DNA of 64,000 bases, from positions 28,954,001-29,018,000 of the forward strand of contig NC_043003.1 of NCBI RefSeq assembly GCF_006345805.1, read 5' to 3'. Under the pieces are notes generated by a model, which saw only the letters and a list, made by a program, of their open reading frames with translations, was not told the DNA's origin and did no database searches. The position numbers and the translations under genes were made by a program. Shown here piece by piece: positions 29,335 through 42,210 of this stretch; positions within the stretch are counted from its first letter, which is position 1; every line of letters starts with the position of its first letter. The DNA comes from Octopus sinensis. Its lineage: Eukaryota.

Positions 29335-29587
29335 AAAGGGCCTTGCTAGATTATATTTCTTTATTGCCCACAAGGGGCTAAACATAGAGAGGATAAACAA
29401 GGATAGACAAACGGATTAAGTCGATTACATCGACCCAGTGCGAAACTGGTACTTTTATTTATCGACCCCGAAAGGATGAAAGGCAAAGTCGACCTCGGCG
29501 GAATTTGAACTCAGAACGTAACGACAGACGAAATACCGCTAAGCATTCCGCCCGGCGCGCTAACGTGTCTGCCAGCTCGCCGCCTTG
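29335..29587 (-). mobile_element. SINE family 2, near full length (Deu/Nin-like core by recollection)
   Basis: Reverse complement aaggcggcgagctggcagacacgttagcgcgccggg..ttctgagttcaaattccgccgaggtcgactttgcctttcatcctttcggggtcgataaataaaagtaccag. Confidence 0.88.
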
Positions 29588-30343
29588 CTAGATTATGTAG
29601 TCCTATATACACAATGCCTGTAAAAAATATTCAATTGAATTAAAATAGGATGGTCATTTCTGGAATGACGTTGATCAGACCTCTGCCCATTGATTGCTGT
29701 TCTATGGATTAAACAGCGCAGCATAAAGACCTCCTCGATATTTCACGGTAGTATGTGAGTAAGTAGGGGCTCATTCGATGATGTCCAAAGTGCGCATTTC
29801 GAAAAACAAAAAGCGAAAGTGGAAATGTCATTTCTAGATTGTCTATGATCACAGGTTAGCTCGATGATTGGTGTTCCATGATTAAAATAGCACAGTATAC
29901 AAGCATCGTTGAAATTACAAAAGAATGCGCACATTAAATGATACATTCCTAGATACACGATGTCCGAAAAAATCTAATTAATGTAGGGTGATCATTTCTA
30001 GATTATCTCAGATCACAGGTCTGATCAATGATTGCTGCCTTAGGGTTCAAAAGTACGACATAAACTCCCTGAAATTTCACCGTACTGTCAGTAAAAGCAA
30101 AGCGCACATTGGATGATGTAGTCCTAGATACACAATACCTGAAAGAAAAAGTAAAAGTAAAACTAACATGATCATCTCTGGAATGTCTTCGATCACATGT
30201 CTGTTCAGTAATTCTTATCCTAGATCTAAACAACACAATATATCTGTATTGTTTGAGACAGTTGTTTAACGCCGGCTCATGTCGTAACCCCTGGTCTCAT
30301 GGTGGTCATGATAGAAACGGCTTTGACTAGGACTAATGAATAT

Positions 30344-30388
<45 letters not shown>

Positions 30389-30396
30389 GGTCTACT

Positions 30397-30430
<34 letters not shown>

Positions 30431-31205
30431 CTCCACAACCACCACCACCACCATCGCCACCACTACCTCCACAGCTGCTACTGCTACTAGCTGCTAGTAC
30501 TACTAAAGGAACATCTAGGAAATCTCTGGATCTGTTAGAAATAGCAGCTAAGACTTCTTCAAATCACACTTTACCAAATTAAAAAAGGAAGGACATAGTT
30601 TATGAAGTTCTAAAATATCCCTAAATGTCGAGATGGTCACAGCTAGAAAGCTTAATATCATTGGTCTGTTTCATCAGTGTTGACTATAGGCTAATCGACA
30701 GCTATATCAATCAATATTTGATAGCATGATTTGCTAGAAAAAGCAGCTAAATCTATCTGCAATTACATCACACTTACTTATAAAAGGAAGGATATATTAG
30801 GTAATGTAGTCCTAAATACCCATAGAAATAGATGATCGCGGCTAGAAAGCTCCAGATCATAGGTATACTTCTTCACTGTTGTCTTGGGGTTAAACAACAA
30901 TTATAATCACCAATAAGTTCGACCAGCCGGAAACAACAGCCAGATCTCCCTCAAATCATTTAATAAGCTAAAAGAGAAAGAATATATCTATATAATGTAG
31001 TCATAAATATACATAAAAATACGAGATGGTCACGATTGGAGAGCTTCCAATCTTAGGTCTATTCCCTTAAGGTTGTCCTGGTCGTTAAGCAACATCTATA
31101 GTCACCAATGTATGACTGATGGAACAGCTAGAAATAGTAGCCTAACCTCCTTCAATCATACGAATGGAAGCTAAGAAAGAAAGGACAAGTTAGATAATGC
31201 AATTT
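29587..31205 (+). repeat. Degenerate tandem array of ~150-200 bp units (about 8 copies)
   Basis: Recurrent 'gctagaaatagcagc..tcaaatca..aaaggaaggaca..ataatgtagtcctagatacac..gatggtca..ctggaatg..gatcataggtctg..ggggttaaacaac'; dispersed single copies at ~22280, 47880-48100, 48225-48460 and 59540. Confidence 0.75.
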
Positions 31206-31389
31206 TCGTTTAGTCGTCACTAACAAGCAGGTGTAAGGTCTGGAAATATGTACCCTCCTTTCACTAGTTGCTTTAGGTGCTTATGTCGTTGCAAGTAGGT
31301 ATAGACACCCATTACGCTCTCTCAAATTTAACCCAGCGGCACATTCAGGATGTAGCAGTTGGAAGAAAAGGACGGGTTATGCCATCACT

Positions 31390-31540
31390 TGGTTGGTACT
31401 CATTTACAGGTGAGTAAACTGGAAAATGGATCAAAATGGAATGAAATATAAAAACAAAAACACAACGGGTCGCACGGCCCAGGAATTGAACTCATAACAT
31501 TATGATCGTCAATCCATCACCTTAACCACTAGACCGTGGA
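31390..31540 (-). mobile_element. tRNA-derived SINE family 4 head
   Basis: ggtactcattttacagg..aaactgg..acacaacg..ccaggaattgaactcataac..cttaaccactag (reverse tRNA-like A/B boxes). Confidence 0.65.
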
Positions 31541-31712
31541 ATGCCGTCTTAAATCATGGGCACACTGGGCTGTTGCCCAGGGGCCCGACAGTGCAAAGGG
31601 CCAAATCTGATCTATGTATGGTGTAGCTTGCTGTCAATACATAAATACTATAGGGCCTAGCACATGGAATTGCCTGTGGGGATGGGATCTACAAATCTGC
31701 TAAGACAGCATT
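31541..31712. mobile_element. Small MITE
   Basis: Terminal inverted match aatgccgtcttaa / ctaagacagcatt; internal gggcc motifs. Confidence 0.6.
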
Positions 31713-31934
31713 GAGGCCATGCGCCTAATATTTACGGTACTGGTTTCAGGATATATCAAAATCGAGACGAGATGGTCACGTCTTAGATCATAGGCTTGTC
31801 TGCTCTTTCTGTTTTCCTGGAGGTAAACAGCAACAAACACTACTATGTGAACAATAAAAACAACACAACAAATGCAAACATTAACAACAGTAACTATAAC
31901 AATAACATCATCAACAACAACAACAACAAATCTT

Positions 31935-32325
31935 TTATTCTTTTACTTGTTTCAGTCATTTGACTGCGGTCATGCTGGAGCACCGCCTTTAGTCGAGCAG
32001 ATCGACCGCAGAGCTTATTCTTTGTAAGCCTAGTACTAATTCTATCGGTATCTTTTGCCGGACCGCTAAATTACGGGGATGTAAACACACCAGCATCGGT
32101 TGTCAAGCGATGCTGGGGTGGGGGGAACAAACACAGACACACAAACATACACACACACACATACACACAAATACGACGGGCTTCTTCCAGTTTCCGTCTA
32201 CCAAATCCACTCACAAGGCTTTGGTCGGCCCGAGGCTATAGTAGAAGACACTTGCCCAAGCTGCCACGCAGTGGGACTGAACCCATAACCATGTGGTTGG
32301 TAAGGAAGCTACTTTACCACACAAC
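31935..32325 (-). mobile_element. SINE family 1, full length
   Basis: ttttacttgtttcagtcatttgactgcgg ... ccacgcagtgggactgaaccc..tggttggtaagga. Confidence 0.92.
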
Positions 32326-33102
32326 CACAACAAGAGCAGGAATAAGAACAACGGCATCAACAACAGCAAGAACAAGGACAAGAACAGCAGCAGCAACAGA
32401 GACAGCAGTGAGAACAGCAACAAGAACAACAACAACAAGAACAACAACAGTAACATCAACAACAACAACAACAATAACAACAGCAACCTCAGCAGCTACA
32501 AGGACAGCAAATCAATGTCTGCGATGGCTTAGGTTTGTGTGTTTAATGGTGTTGAGTTGTATGTTTGTTGAGACAGCAAGAAAAATATAACATGTCCACT
32601 GCTTACGTACAGAGGTGCATGTGTCTGTGTATGTATGTGTGTGTGTGCGTGTGCGTCTGAGAGTGCGTGTGTGAATGCCTATAGATGTATGTGTATGTTG
32701 ATTGTTTTCTTACGTAAATCAATGTTATTGCTGTTGTCGTCGTTGTTAGTTGTCGAAAATAACTGAGAAACATCGAGAAATTCGAAACTCCATTTGCACA
32801 AACACATGCTCACACACACACACACACACACACACCAACACACATACTCACACACACATATACGCAAACTGCACACAAGCACATATAACGAAACAAACAC
32901 ACGCTCATACAGACAAACCATGTGTACCACACGTACACACTCATAATGATACATATACACGCATGCACACAAATGCACATGAATACACACGTGTACAGAC
33001 ATTTGTTTTCTTGCAAGCAATCAGTGAAGATCTGCATATATACATTGTGTGTGTATGTATGTATGTATGTATGTTGTATGTATGTATGTATATACATATG
33101 TA

Positions 33103-33144
<42 letters not shown>

Positions 33145-33145
33145 T

Positions 33146-33176
<31 letters not shown>

Positions 33177-33225
33177 GCGCGAGCACGTACACTGTGTGAA
33201 TACATCAATGTATTTATATATATAT

Positions 33226-33540
33226 TACAGTTGAGGCCAAAATGTTCAGGAACGGTATTGTTTTCGTCAGAAAAGTAGGTATAAGTTTTTATCAAAGTTG
33301 TTTTATATTCTATAATTTTCACAGACAATAAATACGATATTATTTGTTATTTTCTGAGATTTTGGTGTAATTTGAGAGGACAATACTAATGTTATGGATG
33401 ATTTAGTGATTTACTGCAAAACCCATGGCGGCCAAAATGATCAGAACGGTTACTTTTACTCCGTGTTTTAGTATATTTAACCGGCGAACTCTAATGTTTT
33501 GAATTTGTTTACGTGACGGTTCGTTTACTAAACATTAGTA
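33226..33540. mobile_element. Tc1-type transposon end with internal direct repeat
   Basis: ta-cagttgaggccaaaatgttcaggaacgg; repeated as ggccaaaatgatcagaacgg at ~33430 (IR-DR pattern). Confidence 0.55.
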
Positions 33541-33631
33541 AGAATATTTGCAGTGTACTTTGTTAATATAATGCCACTTACTCCGTTACCAATTCGTCAG
33601 CAGATTATTAAGCTTCGAAGGAAGGATATAT

Positions 33632-33840
33632 ACGTAGTTAATCCAAACAGGAACAAAGAGAAAAACAACAACGCGAGGACGTGCAACAAGTATAGTGTTA
33701 TTGGACGCTCAGGAAAGGAAAGAATGAAGGAGAATTTAATGTTTCGAGCGGAGCTCTTCGTCCGAAATATAGAAAAAGGAAAGGTCCAAGGAGGGAAGAC
33801 GGAGAAAGAAAATCGCCAACGATACACACGCGGTCACATA
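33632..33840 (-). mobile_element. Repeat family A copy
   Basis: gttaatccaaacagg..gcgaggacgtg..gtttcgagcggagctcttcgtccgaaa..acacacgcggtcacat. Confidence 0.75.
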
Positions 33841-33849
33841 TGTATATAT

Positions 33850-33976
<127 letters not shown>

Positions 33977-34058
33977 TATTATATATATATATATATATAC
34001 ACACAACACCATCATCATAACTCTTTGAATATAAACATGTGCGATGTGTTTATGTGTG

Positions 34059-34127
<69 letters not shown>

Positions 34128-35595
34128 TGTAGTCGGTGCTCGTGCTGGTGATGATGGCGTTGCTGTTGCTTTTTCTAACACCAGAACAGCCGTAGTCGAA
34201 TAAATTCGAGGACCCGGCTTTGATCTCACTGTTATCCATTGTGAGCAAACATCAACCATTTTTGCATCGAATCGGCCCATACTTTGTGAGCGAACGTGCG
34301 TAGACGTGGGGGGCATTGTACTCGTGATTCAAAAGGTACAGTTTCGTCATCACATACAGTATCATACTGATCCTGCAAAAGAAGTAGCTTAAGGGTACAC
34401 GCATCTATGGAAAAAACTGCTTCTTAGATTTTAGTTCAGGAGCAGGTAACTCAGTTAATTGAGCAACTAAATCCCCACCATCAGACGACGGAGAACTATC
34501 CAAATATATGCATCCATACACACAACGTGAGCACACATACACTGACACATTAGAGTAGTATAGTTTGCATGAAGCCTATTCTGATATAAATAAATGTTAT
34601 ATTAATGCAATACAACAATATAAGAAATAGTACAGATTGATGGTTTGAACTACAGCCTTGTATGCCAATATTTCAATATTTCGGTAATAGACACCCTTCT
34701 CCAGGAAATCTTCATAGAAATGGTACTGTGAGTTAAATTCTCAGTTCTGTTGTGAGTATGTAGGAAGGTTTCTTTGCGTTACTATAGTAGCCAATCAACT
34801 GCGTGAAGTTCACTTCTGTTATTGATCTGTAGGTTGAGTTGGTTAATTAAGATGTCATCTTTTATCCTTAAGTTCCCGAAGTTTCGTTCTGTAATGTTTT
34901 GTTTTTAGCAAAAAACTCACACTCGTTTATATATATATATATACATATGTGTGCCCGCGCATCTGTGTGTGTGTTGTGTGTGCGCGCGCGTCTGTGTGTG
35001 TGTGTATTCAGTTATGAATTAAAAGCAGCTCGCTAGTGTTGTAAACGTTATCGACTGCATATACTCAATGTATGCGTTTTGTTTGTTCGCATTCCAAAAT
35101 ATGAAGGAGACGGGATCATCTTAGGGGGGGGGGGGCTGCGAAACTTTAAGTCGCAAAGAACCGAATTAAACTGTTTTAAATAACACATGTAACTCCTACT
35201 AAATGTGTTGAATGCCCTTTTCATTAGCTTGTCCACACACTCCTCTCTCTCTCTCTCTCTCTCCCTGCGTGCGAGCGCGTATAACAACCTGTAGTATTCC
35301 AAGTTCGTGCATGTCTATATGCATCACTTTACAACTATATATAATCCATTACACAGTAAAGATCATTCCGAAAGTAAGTTTATGCTAATGTACACAGAAT
35401 CTCATGATGTAGGTGTAGAAACTGTAACATCCACAGTGTATATATAATGATTATATAATGAAAGAAAAACAAAATAGTTTTATTCAGTCAAACATCTTCC
35501 AATACATGTTTCTGTACAAAACTACCTCGTAGCTACAGAAACAATTGTAGGGAGATGTATTATGGAATAAACCTAACATGTTTTTCTTTGATTAT

Positions 35596-36146
35596 ACAGT
35601 ATCGTGCAAAAGTCTTCAGCCGCTTTAAACTATTGGAAATTTCTACTAATTGCCAACTTATAAGTGGATGTTTTGCATTGCGTTTTTTACAGATGAAACA
35701 TTGGCCCTGTTGGAGTCATTTCTATACTTAATCATTATATTTTGTAGTACGGCTTCTGAATGAGAGGTGAAGATGCGAGACGACCACCAAAAATGGCCGT
35801 GTAAAAGTTTTCAGCTATCTCACATAAACCAATCAAGATAGTATTTTAAAACAGAAAAATGTCTATAATGAAAATTTATTACATAATGTTCATTTCAAGA
35901 AATTACTGTACATTGTTAATATTTCGTGTGGCTTCCCTTAGCTTGAATAACTGCTTCAATGCACCTGGGAAGAGATGCGTACAAATCCTTCACTATCTTC
36001 ACAGTTATGAGATGCCATTCTCTCTGGCTGAACTCCCACAACTCTTCAAGATTGCGTGGATTCTTCCGACGAACTCTTCCCTTTAGTTCTATCAACATTT
36101 GCTCAATAATATTCAAGTCAGGGGCCTGAGCTGGCCAATCTTTCAA
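35596..36146 (-). mobile_element. Tc1 transposon 3' end
   Basis: WPAQAPDLNIIE..W..LKGRV..YASLPRCIEAVIQAKGSHTKY (D34E C-terminus); TIR ta-cagtatcgtgcaaaagtcttcagcc. Confidence 0.9.
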
Positions 36147-37170
36147 TACGGTATCAGAGGGTGCAAGGTCAGGAGAGTAGGGGGATGGGAGATGAGTTCA
36201 TAGCCGCACGCCTGTGCTTCTGATCTAGCGACACACGAGTTGTGAACCGGGGCGTTGTTTAGCAGGAGGAGGATGCCTTTGCTGATCTTGCCCCGCCTCT
36301 TGATTTTGATAGCTTCTCTTAATTTCCTCAAAAGTGAAGCATAATAGGTTCCTGTAATTGTGGTACCCTTTTCCAGGAAATCTATCATCACTACTCCGTC
36401 CTGGTTCCAGAAGACTGTGAGCATGACCTTGCCAGCGGAGGGCTGCACCCTTGCCTTCTTTGGAGGAGGTGAGTCACGGTGCTTCCACTGCATTGACTGG
36501 GCTTTGGTCTCTGGATCATAGTGATGGACGCAAGTTTCATCCTGTGTAATCAGTCTTTTGAAAAATTTTGACTCATCTTCTTGGCACAACTCCAAATTCA
36601 TCCTCGGGCACTCGACGCATTCTTGCTTCTGGAAAGGTGTGAGCAACCTGGGAATCCATCTGGCAGACACCTTTTGCATATGTAAATGGTCATGAATGAT
36701 AGTTTCCACAGACCCGGTACTAATGTTGACCTCATGGGCTATTTGGCGAATAGTTATGCGTCGATCTTCCAAAATGGCAGCCTCAACTTGACGGACAGAT
36801 GCCTCATCAATGGCAGAAGGGGGCGACCAGATCTGGGAGCTGTTTCCACAGAGTTCCGACCATGTCTGAATTCACGATGCCAGCGTTTTACAAGGTCATA
36901 TGATGGGACATCATCACCATAAGTTACTTTCATTTCATCAAAAGTCTCCCGTGGTGTGCGTCCTTTCAAATACAAAAACCGGATCACTGCTCGACACTCA
37001 ACAGGCTCCATTTCACACTTGACTCAGTTCAAACACCTGTAAATCAGAAACCACAATTAGTTCAGAGCCACTTAATCTATAGAGATATAAATAATTGCAC
37101 ATGCAAAATTTCAGCTAGATCAAACAACTGCAAGTGGGTCAGAGGCATTACTTATTGAACGTCCCTCGTA
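36147..37170 (-). mobile_element. Mariner, 5' TIR to the HPPYSPDLAPSD motif, 3'-truncated
   Basis: ORFs 36754-37011 (MEPVECRAVIRFLYLKG..) and 36143-36772 (VSARWIPRLL, LITQDET, KVMLTVFWN) joined by a frameshift; TIR tacgagggacgttcaataag. Confidence 0.93.
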
Positions 37171-37289
37171 AATTGTTCCTCGGCAACTGGATATATTTGG
37201 CACTATTCAAGTTAAACCGTCAATTTTAACCAACTTTCTTGAACCCTCGCTTTTTATGTATCTCTAAAGCCTCAGACTCTTACCTCCAA

Positions 37290-37400
37290 ATTTCACTGTT
37301 TTCATCCAGTAACGTGTGTCGTTTCGCTTTCCTGGAGACCTTCTGACAAATTCTCGCTTATTAAAAAGCGAAACGACCCACGTTTTACGACGAAAACAGT
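37290..37400. repeat. Hairpin with degenerate hammerhead-like motif
   Basis: cactgttttc..aacgtg.gtcgtttcgcttt / aaagcgaaacgac.cacgtt..gaaaacagtg; contains ctgacaa..gctt..aagc-gaaa. Confidence 0.55.
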
Positions 37401-37509
37401 GAAGTTGCTAAAGGACAATCTGATACCAGATTTGGATGAAGGTGAGATTTTAGAGTTTCAAGCAATAGATCGCGTGAAACACAACGGAGACTGGGTGATG
37501 AAGGTGTTA

Positions 37510-37822
37510 CTGTATTGAAAGATTGATTAGCTCAGAACCCTGATTTAAATATCATCGAGCAAGTGTGGACAAAACTAAAGAGAAGTTTGTGAGAAGAATC
37601 CATGCAATCTTGAAGAGTTGTGGGAGCTCAACTACAGAGAATGGTATGTCATAACTGTGCAGATGGTAAAGTAGTTGTTCAAGTTAAGCAATTTTTCAAG
37701 TTAAGCAATTATTCAAGTTAAGCAATTATTCAAGTTAAGCAATTATTCAAGTTAAGCAATTATTCAAGGTAAGCAATTATTCAAGCTAACAATGGATGAA
37801 GACTTTTGCATGGTACTGTATA
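37510..37822 (+). mobile_element. Tc1 3' end, same family as 35596-36146, with 17-bp tandem repeat
   Basis: PDLNIIEQVWTKLK..; TIR gatgaagacttttgcatggtactg-ta; (ttcaagttaagcaatta) about 6 times at 37677-37786. Confidence 0.85.
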
Positions 37823-38656
37823 ACTGTTGTGTCCAAATGTCTGTGAATAACAAACACATATACATGTACTTGTGCGTGTGTGTGCACATTCATATATATG
37901 TGTGCGTGAGTGTGTGTGTGTGTGTGTGCGTGTGTGTGTACATACATACGTATATACATAGTTGTATGTGTACAATCTGTCACACTTAATGTATATCTGT
38001 ATATGCATTATATACATACACGTATGTGTATGCATATTTACATATTTATACATATATACACATATATACATACATAGATTTTTACATATATGTGTGTATG
38101 TGTATGTATATACATATACACGCACACATACATACACATACGCCACACACACACACACACACATACACTCACACACACAACGTGACATGAATTCAATTCC
38201 TGCTCGTAAACAAAAGACAATTTCATTTCCACAAGCCAGACCCAGCGTGCGCCCATCCCATTTCACCCCGACACTCACTCATACACTCATACACACACAT
38301 ACACACAAATGCACTCACACACACACAAATGCACTCATACACATTCACAAATGCACTCACACACACACAAATGCACTCATACACATTCACAAATGCACTC
38401 ACATACACAAACAAGCGAACATTAAAGCACAACGTACGAACTCATCCCATTGTGTTATAACATGTAAGTGCCATAGTTTAGATGTTTACGAAACATGTCG
38501 TAACATATGAATGTAGATAAAACCATTTCCATAGCATATTCTTTCAGCCAAGACTTCTTCTGTATCTAACGATAGAACAACTCAACTTGTCAAGCTGTCA
38601 AAAAAACATTGACCCTTTATTTATATACGCATATGTACGTATCTTTACACTTTATT

Positions 38657-38684
<28 letters not shown>

Positions 38685-38691
<7 letters not shown>

Positions 38692-38912
38692 TAAATTAGA
38701 GATAAAACCACTATTAGGAACATCAAACGGTGAAAATCATAAACCAATACATAGAAATAAAAAATATATAAAATATAAAATTCAAAATTTAAATTATTTA
38801 AATTTTATATTTTATATATTTTTTATTAATTGATTTTATTTCTATGTATTGGTTTATGATTTTCACTGTTTGATTTGCCTAATAGTGGTTTTATCTCTAA
38901 TTTGATATATAT
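38685..38912. repeat. Near-perfect ~230-bp palindrome
   Basis: aaattagagataaaaccactattagg..catagaaataaaa / ttttatttctatg..cctaatagtggttttatctctaattt; AT-rich spacer is itself partly palindromic. Confidence 0.92.
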
Positions 38913-38981
38913 ATTTATACTGTAAAATTAGATTTAATCCTAAATCTAATTTTTCCCTGTAAGTTTGGATTTACTCCCTAA

Positions 38982-39048
<67 letters not shown>

Positions 39049-39139
39049 GAGGTGTGTGCGCGAGTGCAGGGGTGTGTGTATGTAGGTGTGTATATGTGTG
39101 TATGTATGTGCATGTATGTCTGTTTATGTATTCGTGTAA

Positions 39140-39250
39140 CATTTCCCCGATGGACTGGCGTTCCGTCCAGCTGTGGGGGCGGGGGAACACATACGTCACA
39201 GAAACCGGGAAACCGGGCCTATGAGCCTGACTAGGCTTGAAAAGGGCGAC
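39140..39250 (+). mobile_element. SINE family 3, 3' part
   Basis: cgatggactggcgttccgtccagc..gaaaccgggaaaccgggcc. Confidence 0.75.
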
Positions 39251-40201
39251 AAAAAATATATATTTATATATTATATATACACACAAAGAATCCAGTATGT
39301 TGATAGGGATCTGCGTCGTCAAGGTTTTTGTTAATTAAAAAGGTGACCGTAATGTAACAGTGAAATTGCCATGGAAAGTGGAGTTTCAGATAGAGTCTTT
39401 TTGTTTTGTTTTTTTTTAAGGGCAGGAGCGGAAAAAAGGAAACAGCAGTGATTTGCATTGTCTGTGTATGAGAACTGGCTGCAACTGATGGGGATTGTAA
39501 AACCCCGTGATCATGCAACCGTAGTTAGAAAGTAGTAAGATACAAAAAGTGGGTGAGATAAGTAGAAATGAAAAGAAGTGAGTCAGATAAAGGAAAAAAT
39601 TCATGTGAGAAGGGGTCTAAAGGATAAAACGTGGCCAACTCTATTAGGAGTAGATGGAATAGACAGGAAAGTGCTCATTGAAAACAATCGGGTACATGCT
39701 TCCGAATTTGAATATGAAATGTTCCTTCTGTTTATTTGAACGTGCGGATCCATAATATGCAAAAATACCGCTCATTCATAAATGAATAATGGACTTAAGC
39801 ATTTTCTTGAATTGGGGACGGGAGTTGACCAAGCATATTTAGTAGTGTGCTTGGAAATGGTACGCGAGAAATGATCGACAATGCGACAGCATACTTTCGC
39901 AATGTAGAGTGCAGCATAAAAATTCCAGACGATACAGCAAATAAGGTTAGAGGAGGTGCAGGAGTAAATTGAATGATCTGGTTACGTATGCGTATCTATA
40001 TAATATACTTGTGTGTATGTGAGTGTGTGTGTGTGTACTCGCGTGTGTCTATGAATATATATATATACATACGCAGAAAGTTAACCTTACGTGTTCGTAT
40101 AGTATAGGTTGTCATTCAAACACGTGTAAAGAAGCTGTAATTAATCTGAAACTCTATACTCATACTTTGTATTCATACATACACATACATACATACATAC
40201 A

Positions 40202-40232
<31 letters not shown>

Positions 40233-40694
40233 CCATGTGTATCTGCACATGTCTGTGTAAATATACATACGTGACTGTACGTGTGTGGATGCATGTAAAC
40301 CTTTGTGTGTGCGTGTGTGTGTGTATGTGTGTGTGTGTGTTGTGTGTGTGACTGTGTGTCTGTGTGGGGGGGGGGGACGCGAGCATATATAACTGGAATG
40401 AAAAGACTTTAGCACATCTCTAGTGACCACTTATAATTCTTTCGGTGCCACTCTGTTTTTAGCGTCATTTCTCGCAAAAGTTCCTTGTGGAATGTCACGT
40501 AATAATTTCGGTTTAATACATTAGAGTGATAGTTCATCGAACTTGCATAAAAAAAGTGCGCTCTTACACAGTGTGAGTCTGACAAGCGTTGTATGTTGTG
40601 CATTTGCTCATCGGAGGTGCACGGTTTAGTGGTTAGGATGTTGGGCTTGTGATCATAATATCGCGGTTTCCATTCCTGAACCTGGAATTATGTA

Positions 40695-40820
40695 CACTAT
40701 TTACATTAATTACATTTGACGGATATTTGTCCTCATTTCGGCAGATATACCCTCCAGTCTACATCAGGTGTCTTGGGGAAATTTCGAACCTGGGTTCTCT
40801 TTCCTAAGGTATTTTTCTAT
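40695..40820 (-). mobile_element. SINE tail segment with degenerate hammerhead-like motif
   Basis: - strand ..gaaatttccccaagacac-CTGATGT-agactggagggtatatctgcc-GAAA-tg..ggacaaatatccgtcaaatgta; homologous to + strand 43243-43340. Confidence 0.6.
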
Positions 40821-40848
40821 GTTGTTGTTGTTGTTGTTGTTGTTATCA

Positions 40849-40919
<71 letters not shown>

Positions 40920-40943
40920 TTATTATTATTATTATTATTATTC

Positions 40944-42062
40944 AGTAGTTTTATTTTTATAGCCTGCTTTCACTTCACTACCGAGCGCAGCTCTGTGTGC
41001 CTTGGGTATGTGCTGTGATTTGTTGTGATGCTCTGTTGGTTATTGTATGGAAAGTGTTCTGCGTAGGATGTGTGCAGTGCCTAGTAGTGCAATTTTCTGT
41101 ATGTTATATGTGTTTGTAAGTCCTGGTGTTTTTGTTATGTATTTGTCTGAATATTTTTTTATCATGCCTAATGCACCTACTATGATAGGAATTGTTTCTG
41201 TTTTTAGTTTCCACATTCTGGTTACCTCTATTTCCAGGTCTTTGTATTTTGAGAGTTTCTCCATTTCTTTTAGAGACACGTTGTCATCAGCCGGTATTGA
41301 TACATCAATTAGAAAGCAGTTTTTTCCTACATGATCTCTGACAACTATATCTGGTCTGTTGGCCTTAATTTCTCTATCTGTGTGTATTGGCATATCCCAG
41401 AATATGGTTGCTTTCTCGTTTTCTGTGACCTTTTCTGGTGTGTGCCTATACCATCTTTTTTCTGTTGTTATTCCATAATGTTGGCATAGCTTCCAATGTA
41501 TGTAGGTTCCAACTCCGTCATGTCTGTGAATATATTCCTTCTTAGCCAGGACTGGGCAGCTAGAGATAATATGATTTATTGTTTCTTGTCCATCTCCACA
41601 AATTCTGGAGTTACTTGTTATATTTCTTTTCATTACATGTTTTTGGTAATTTCTGGTGGGGAGGCTTTGGTCTTGTGCTGCAATTAAAAATCCCTCTGTT
41701 TCTGCTTTGAGTCCTGAGCTTCTCAACCATTGCTGGGATTTTTCTTTGTCTATTTCTTTTGCGTTTAGTTTAGTCCAGTATTTACCATGCAGGGGCTTTT
41801 CTTGCCATCGCTTTATCATGGTTCGTTGCTGTTCTATTTTTAGTTTGGATTTCATTTGTTTTATAGCTTTTGTTGTTTCTTCATCTTCATCTTCTTCTTC
41901 TTCATATTTATTAGGTGGTATGATTTCTTGTTTGTATTTGTCAGCTTCCTTAAATACTGAAAAAGTTTTTTGTTTTGCTCGTGTTTTGCCGCTATTTGTA
42001 TCAGTTTTCCTTCCTTCTGAAGTAGATATTTTTGCAGTCCTATGGTGGTTATTTTATGTCAG
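40944..42062 (-). mobile_element. 5'-truncated R4/Dong-type RLE non-LTR retrotransposon in a (TAA)n tract
   Basis: 271-aa ORF: KPLHGKY, ETEGFLIAAQDQ, zinc knuckle (xRIC..ETINHIISSC, first Cys mutated), ANRPDIVV..LIDVSIP..EKLSKYKDL (PD-D/ExK), PIIVGALG; (TAA)n on both sides. Confidence 0.95.
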
Positions 42063-42111
<49 letters not shown>

Positions 42112-42210
42112 GTTTGACTTTTGCTTTACATTTGTACAAGTTGGCTCCAAGTCTCATCCAGAGACCTTAAGAGACAACAAGCTGGAAGTTCATGCTGGTT
42201 TTATGCCTAG

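Noticed and set aside
31395-31415. Strong splice donor CAG|GTGAGT
   Set aside because: Lies within a SINE family 4 body, with no upstream open exon
37677-37786. 17-bp direct repeats as a CRISPR or iteron array
   Set aside because: Head-to-tail slippage repeat inside a Tc1 3' end, no spacers
41040-41855. Host nuclease gene
   Set aside because: It is the C-terminal RLE part of a 5'-truncated non-LTR retrotransposon, with no RT and no promoter
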